The notes under the pieces were generated by a model. That model had not been told where the DNA came from and did not search any database. It saw nothing but the letters and a program-made list of their open reading frames with translations. A stretch of DNA of 29,321 bases from an uncultured Pseudomonadota bacterium (GTDB lineage: Bacteria > Pseudomonadota > Alphaproteobacteria > RF32 > CAG-239): positions 1 through 29,321 of the forward strand of contig CABUWG010000025.1 of NCBI GenBank assembly GCA_902495305.1, read 5' to 3'. The position numbers and the translations under genes are program-made. Each line of letters begins with the position of its first letter. The first letter of the stretch is position 1. Shown here in pieces: positions 24,472-29,321 of this stretch.

Positions 24472-26247
24472 TTATCTCAACTGCGTCCGGTAAAGTGAGG
24501 CATAAATACTGCCTTCTTTTTGCATCAGTTCTTCGTGGCTGCCGACTTCTGCAATCTCACCATAATTAACGACCACAATTTTATCGGCGTTACGGACTGT
24601 AGACAGGCGGTGGGCAATGATAAACACTGTCCGGTCTTTCATCAAATTGTCAATGGCCTCCTGCACCACGGCTTCCGACTTGTTATCCAAAGCCGAGGTT
24701 GCCTCGTCCAAGATGACAATCGGCGCATTTTTGATGAAGGCACGCGCAATGGCAATACGTTGTTTTTGACCGCCGGAGAGCAAGACGCCGCGTTCGCCGA
24801 TTTCGGTATCGAGCCCTTTTTCCAATCCGGAAATAAACTCTTCCAGACAGGCGCTTTTTACGGCTTGTCTGATTTGCTCTTCCGACGCATTCTCATCTCC
24901 CAGCAGAATATTGTCGCGGATTGTGCCGGCAAACAGGAAATTGTCCTGAAAGACAATGGCGATTTTGTCACGCAACGAGATTAAATCCAAGTCGCGAACA
25001 TCTACACCGTCAATCTTTACTGCGCCGGATTTGACGTCATAAAATCGGGGCAGCAGGTTGACCATTGTGGTTTTTCCGCCGCCGGAATTGCCGACGAAAG
25101 CAATGGTCTGCCCTACTTTGACTTTCAGGCTGACATCTTTCAGAACCGGTTTGTCTTTTAAATATTCAAAGCAGACGTGGTCATAAAAGATTTCTTTTTT
25201 AACCTCGGTCAGAGGTTTGGCATCCGGTTTGTTATGAATTGCCGGTTGTTGTTCCAGCAGCCCGAACACCCGTTCCATTGCCATGAGCGCCATTTGGACG
25301 TTGTTGTAGTTGTTGCCGATAGATTTTATCGGATTATACAGCATAATCAATGCCGTAATGAAAGAAACAAAGTTTCCGGCCGTAATCTCATGATGGACAA
25401 TCAAATAACTGCCCAGCCAGATGACGCCGGCAATACCGAAGGAAATGACCAAATGCATCAGCGGCGACATCATGCCGGTCCGCTGGATCATCTTAATCCC
25501 CATTTTAAACACGGTTTGCAGCGTGTTGCGAAAGCGTTTGCCCTGATAGTCATAAAGATTGTACGACGTAATAATCCGGTTGCCGGCAAAGGTTTCGTTA
25601 TAATGTGTCATAACCGCGGAACCGGAAAAAATGGTCTTGTCCATAACGGATTTGATACGGCGGCGAACCGTTGTCAGCGGATATAACGCCCCTAAAAGCA
25701 CAACGACGGCGACAATTGCCAGCTGCCACGAATTGTAAAACAAGACGCAAATCAATGAAATTGACGAGAAAACGCGGGTGGTAAAAAGCTTCATATTCGA
25801 CAAGAGGCCGTTGCAAGCCAGATCAACGTCCTGATTGAAACGCATCTGAATATCTCCAGAGTTTGACCTATCAAAATAAGACGCTTCATAGGTCATCAGC
25901 TTGTCAAACAGGTCTATTTTGACATCATTGGCGATTTTGCGCCCGACCCAGGTGTTCAGATAAGTTGCGGTATAGTTGAGCAGGCTCTGCAAAGTGCTGA
26001 ACAAGATAATCAAAAGCGGAATATAAGATGTGGCCGCGGTGCTTTTCTCCACCATTACCACATCCATATACGGCTTGAGCGACCAGGCAATGACCGCATC
26101 CATCGAGCCAATCGGAATGGTAATCAACACTGCCAAAATCGCCCTAACCCAATACGGCTTCACATAAGGCAGCATTTTACGATAATTTTGAACAATATAC
26201 AAGTTGTTGATTTTATTTCTTATTTTTGCAAACATATTAACCTTCAT
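24472..26247 (-). CDS. ABC transporter, fused permease/ATP-binding protein (MsbA-like lipid/glycolipid exporter family)
   Basis: 591-aa ORF. It has an N-terminal six-helix ABC membrane domain, Walker A GNSGGGKTT, the signature LSGGQKQRIAIARA and Walker B IVILDEATSALD. Confidence 0.9.
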   Translation of the reverse strand: MKVNMFAKIRNKINNLYIVQNYRKMLPYVKPYWVRAILAVLITIPIGSMDAVIAWSLKPYMDVVMVEKSTAATSYIPLLIILFSTLQSLLNYTATYLNTWVGRKIANDVKIDLFDKLMTYEASYFDRSNSGDIQMRFNQDVDLACNGLLSNMKLFTTRVFSSISLICVLFYNSWQLAIVAVVVLLGALYPLTTVRRRIKSVMDKTIFSGSAVMTHYNETFAGNRIITSYNLYDYQGKRFRNTLQTVFKMGIKMIQRTGMMSPLMHLVISFGIAGVIWLGSYLIVHHEITAGNFVSFITALIMLYNPIKSIGNNYNNVQMALMAMERVFGLLEQQPAIHNKPDAKPLTEVKKEIFYDHVCFEYLKDKPVLKDVSLKVKVGQTIAFVGNSGGGKTTMVNLLPRFYDVKSGAVKIDGVDVRDLDLISLRDKIAIVFQDNFLFAGTIRDNILLGDENASEEQIRQAVKSACLEEFISGLEKGLDTEIGERGVLLSGGQKQRIAIARAFIKNAPIVILDEATSALDNKSEAVVQEAIDNLMKDRTVFIIAHRLSTVRNADKIVVVNYGEIAEVGSHEELMQKEGSIYASLYRTQLR

Positions 26248-26345
26248 TGCTTATTATGTGCGCATAATAGCAGACTCTGTCTTTTTTTGCAAGGCAGAGC
26301 AATGATAGTCCACATTAATAATGTGTCAGGAAAAGTTATTTCTCT

Positions 26346-26993
26346 TTAATAAAACCTGTTTTTTTCTTTTTGAGCAATAATTCTCATAAAAGTGTCATCC
26401 TGACCGTTAAAAGGAGAAAAGCCTTTTTTCTCAACGCACAGTTTGACTTTTAAATCATTCCTTTCCAATTTTTTGCAGGTTTTTACCATATCAAGAAAAC
26501 GACGGTAATGATTTTCATAAATAAAAGCGTTTTCCTGCCCTTCAACAGGTTTTCCTTTCATATACAATTCATTTTGCATTCCGCGAACTTCGATGCACAT
26601 ATATCCGGACTTGCTTAAAACATTTGATGCCCATTTGAAGACCTTGTCTTCCTGTTCCTCAGCAATGGAATGAAGCGTAAAGCGAGAATAAACGGCGTTA
26701 AACATTCTGTCATCAGACAAATTTGTGAAGTCTCCGCATTCAAATTTGAGATTATCTTGTTGTTTTATCTCATTAAGGTGCTTGATTTCTTCCGCGCACT
26801 GGTCAACTGCCGTCGTGTTAATTCCGTTTTGAGCAAAATAAAATGCATCACGCCCGTTTCCGCAACCGAGTTCAATCAGCAGATCATTGCGGCGGAGATA
26901 ATTATCCTTAACAAAACGCGAAAATAATGACGGTTTGAAAGGCATTTTGGCCTGTGCATAAAAATTTTCCCAATAAACTTTATCGTCTACCAT
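26346..26993 (-). CDS. Class I SAM-dependent methyltransferase
   Basis: 215-aa ORF with the motif I sequence LIELGCGNGRDA. Its stop is 2 nt from the upstream licD-like gene. Confidence 0.8.
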   Translation of the reverse strand: MVDDKVYWENFYAQAKMPFKPSLFSRFVKDNYLRRNDLLIELGCGNGRDAFYFAQNGINTTAVDQCAEEIKHLNEIKQQDNLKFECGDFTNLSDDRMFNAVYSRFTLHSIAEEQEDKVFKWASNVLSKSGYMCIEVRGMQNELYMKGKPVEGQENAFIYENHYRRFLDMVKTCKKLERNDLKVKLCVEKKGFSPFNGQDDTFMRIIAQKEKNRFY

Positions 26994-26994
26994 A

Positions 26995-28050
26995 TTATTT
27001 TATCCTTATTGCTTGTAATTTTGTGATTATTTCATCAATGTTGCTTGGAATTCCTGACAGAAACACACCTTCATGGCGATTCAGATTTTCCGGAAAGCTC
27101 CAGTAGTTACCGTAAATATGCGCAAGATATTTATGCTGATTATGAGGAACATTAAATTCCATTCCTTCAAACTTTCTTTTCTGTAACGGAAAAATATCAT
27201 CATAATCATAGAAATACGGCTTGAAATACGCCCAATTTTCAATCCCTTTAAAAATGGCGGGACGGCTTTGGCTTTCCGGTTTTTCCGCTTGCTTTCCTTC
27301 ACATATGTTTTTGAAAGTATAATCGGAGAGCTGTTTTCTGAATGCTGTTAAACTGGCTTCATTTTCTTCGACTTGAGAAAAATTCATATTATAAAATTCC
27401 CTGCCGGCAATCATCTTTTGAGACAATTGTTGTTTTTCTTCATCCGTTTTCAGGGGTTTGTAGTAAAAGTCGTAAGGAAAAACATCGAGATTAAGATAAG
27501 TGCCATGGTAAGAAATCCGAATGAAATTATCCCATTTCATAAAAGTGCCATATTTTCCGTAAAAATGGAGTTCCGTCCCTTTAAATTCTTCTTCCAGAAT
27601 GTCAAAAAGGCGGTTGTAACTCTCACGGGGCATGGCAACGTCCATATCATCATCCCAGGGAATAAAGCCCTGATGACGAACGGCCCCCAGAAGCGTGCCG
27701 AAATCCAGCCAATATTGTAAATTGTGCTTCCGGCAAGCCTCATCAAATATCCGCAAAATTTCCGCGTCGGCCAGCTGCAACGCACGCATTTTTCCTTTTG
27801 CCGGCGGGAGTTTGGTTATATCAACCGTATAATTAAGAAAAGAAACAAATTCGGAAACGCTTAATCCGGTTTCAGAAATTTTACCTGACTTTCCCGCTAA
27901 ATCCTGAAGCATAACCTGCGTTTGAATATTCTGGGCTTTGATATCTTCCAATGTTTCTTTATTTTTCCAAATCTGCCGGTAGGTTTTGCTATATTTGTAA
28001 AGCAAACTCTCCGACCAACTCATTTTTTCTTTTCTTTTTTTACTTACCAT
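26995..28050 (-). CDS. licD: LicD-family phosphocholine/phospho-alcohol transferase
   Basis: 351-aa ORF. It contains the LicD core LDFGTLLGAVRHQGFIPWDDDMDVAMPRESYNRL (DxD-type motif). Confidence 0.8.
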   Translation of the reverse strand: MVSKKRKEKMSWSESLLYKYSKTYRQIWKNKETLEDIKAQNIQTQVMLQDLAGKSGKISETGLSVSEFVSFLNYTVDITKLPPAKGKMRALQLADAEILRIFDEACRKHNLQYWLDFGTLLGAVRHQGFIPWDDDMDVAMPRESYNRLFDILEEEFKGTELHFYGKYGTFMKWDNFIRISYHGTYLNLDVFPYDFYYKPLKTDEEKQQLSQKMIAGREFYNMNFSQVEENEASLTAFRKQLSDYTFKNICEGKQAEKPESQSRPAIFKGIENWAYFKPYFYDYDDIFPLQKRKFEGMEFNVPHNQHKYLAHIYGNYWSFPENLNRHEGVFLSGIPSNIDEIITKLQAIRIK

Positions 28051-28125
28051 CAGTCCACCTTTTGTTTTTAAAAATACATAGAAAGAGCTATTGCCTTTTC
28101 TATGGTTTTCGTTAAAAATTTTACT

Positions 28126-29187
28126 TTACCTGAAGATTATTTTATGCAAACGCAACAGGCTTTTAATAAATATCAGCACGCTGTAGCTGAAGCATTTTAA
28201 GCCTTCCTCCAATTTCTTTTTCAATTTTTTCTTTTCTGCCAATGCGTAACGGTGTTTATAAAATTTCTCTTTATATCGGGAAATTTGTAACAATTCTTCA
28301 TAGCAATAACGCAGCGGTATTTTAAAATCAGGATCACAGTATTTTTGATATAAAGACAGCCATTCTTCATAAGTTTGGACATGAAATATTTTTTTGCCGT
28401 ACAGCCAGAATAAGCTGTCTTTCAACGGGTGGATTCCATATTGCTTAAAGTTCAAGCAAATTAAATTATTGGCAAACGATTGTTCAGTCAACCTTATGCC
28501 TTTCTCTGTTACATCTGAACAATCTTCTATTGTTTCATAGACATACGGAAATTTCTTGCTTAGGCAGGAAAGCCAGATATGCTGTTCCGGAATATAACGA
28601 AAATTCCCTTGAATAAACATATACTTCTCTTCATTTACCGGCCGATGTGACAAAAACCATTCTGCATCCGTTCTTGTCTGCAAGGGAATGTCCCAAAGCA
28701 ACAGCATGTCTTGCGTTAGGCCGAATGACAGAAAATCATAAGGAAAAAACATCTTTTGCGTTGGCTTATCTCCCAGAACCGTGATAATCCGGTGAGAAAA
28801 AATTTTCATTTCCTGACCAGATTTCGGATATTTATAAAAATGTTTTAAAAAACCGGTTTCACGAATTTCAAAATCTGTACGCAATTTCAAGGCATATTTA
28901 GTGGTGACCTTTTCCAACCCTGCTTTGGTTGAAACAATTTGCCGATTGATGTTGTTAGGTTTACTTCCCAGATTTTTATCTGCAGAATACATGGGAGCTA
29001 TGGCTCCGGGATCTTTATTTAATATAACCGTATCATAATCCAGACCGGAAACATCCGTTCCTTCCCAAGTTGATAAAATAATTCCGGCTCCCGGAAGCTT
29101 ACGCCGTATGCTTTGAAGGCACAACGGGGTTAACTCCGGTGACACAGCACCTTGTACGACAACGGTTATATCATTAAAATCGATCAT
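28126..29187 (-). CDS. Putative LPS/surface-polysaccharide biosynthesis protein (WavE-like)
   Basis: 353-aa ORF. From memory, the N-terminus ITVVVQGAVSPELTPLCLQSIRRKLPGAGIILSTWEGTDVSGLDYDTVILNKDPG resembles the WavE family. Its position in a glycan-modification cluster supports the call. Confidence 0.5.
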   Translation of the reverse strand: MIDFNDITVVVQGAVSPELTPLCLQSIRRKLPGAGIILSTWEGTDVSGLDYDTVILNKDPGAIAPMYSADKNLGSKPNNINRQIVSTKAGLEKVTTKYALKLRTDFEIRETGFLKHFYKYPKSGQEMKIFSHRIITVLGDKPTQKMFFPYDFLSFGLTQDMLLLWDIPLQTRTDAEWFLSHRPVNEEKYMFIQGNFRYIPEQHIWLSCLSKKFPYVYETIEDCSDVTEKGIRLTEQSFANNLICLNFKQYGIHPLKDSLFWLYGKKIFHVQTYEEWLSLYQKYCDPDFKIPLRYCYEELLQISRYKEKFYKHRYALAEKKKLKKKLEEGLKCFSYSVLIFIKSLLRLHKIIFR

Positions 29188-29321
29188 ATCTTTTCCTTTA
29201 TTTCTTCAATAAACGGGAAAGCTTTCAGATTTAAATGAACGCCGTCCCGATAATATTCGCCTTTGGTTGTCAAATTGCTATTCAAAAGTTTATCTATTAT
29301 TGAGACAAAGCGTACCCCCCC
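29184..29321 (-). CDS. C-terminal fragment of an upstream ORF, possibly SGNH/GDSL-like hydrolase
   Basis: The minus-strand frame is open from the window edge to the TGA at 29186-29184, in an ATGA overlap with the next gene. The translation is ..VRFVSIIDKLLNSNLTTKGEYYRDGVHLNLKAFPFIEEIKEKI. The DGVHLN segment resembles block V of SGNH hydrolases. Confidence 0.35.
   Translation of the reverse strand, partial: GGVRFVSIIDKLLNSNLTTKGEYYRDGVHLNLKAFPFIEEIKEKI

Overview
The window is a mosaic accessory region with four blocks.

(1) 1-5583, minus strand: a type I restriction-modification operon. It is headed by a WYL-domain (BrxR-like) regulator, followed by hsdR, hsdM and a partial hsdS. The gene junctions overlap, and a near-consensus promoter lies upstream.

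(2) 6386-15869, plus strand: a very AT-rich two-gene module. A 1154-aa protein with no recognisable domain is followed by a 2003-aa DEAH helicase with a DUF1998-type zinc module. This fits Druantia type III (druH-druE).

(3) 16.5-22.6 kb, plus strand: a complete diversity-generating retroelement (DGR) with avd, TR and RT.
- The variable repeat differs from the template repeat at 15 positions, and all 15 are TR adenines.
- The variable repeat lies at the N-terminus of a 657-aa AAA+ (AAA_5/MoxR-like) ATPase, which is unusual.
- That ATPase is translationally coupled to a small Walker-A-less AAA-like protein and to an HExxH/vWA (DUF2201-type) protein.
- This DGR-diversified ATPase-vWA module, sitting beside two defence systems and a tRNA-Arg(UCU), is the best candidate for an undescribed system. 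I interpret it as a hypervariable sensor coupled to an NTPase-vWA machine.

(4) 23-29.3 kb: ordinary-looking genes.
- An orphan 249-aa protein.
- A secreted DUF1311-like protein.
- A minus-strand surface-glycan cluster: an MsbA-like ABC exporter, a SAM methyltransferase, LicD, a WavE-like protein and a partial SGNH-like ORF.

Two copies of a ~52-nt palindromic element sit at the compositional junction between blocks 2 and 3. No CRISPR array, rRNA, transposase or integrase was seen.
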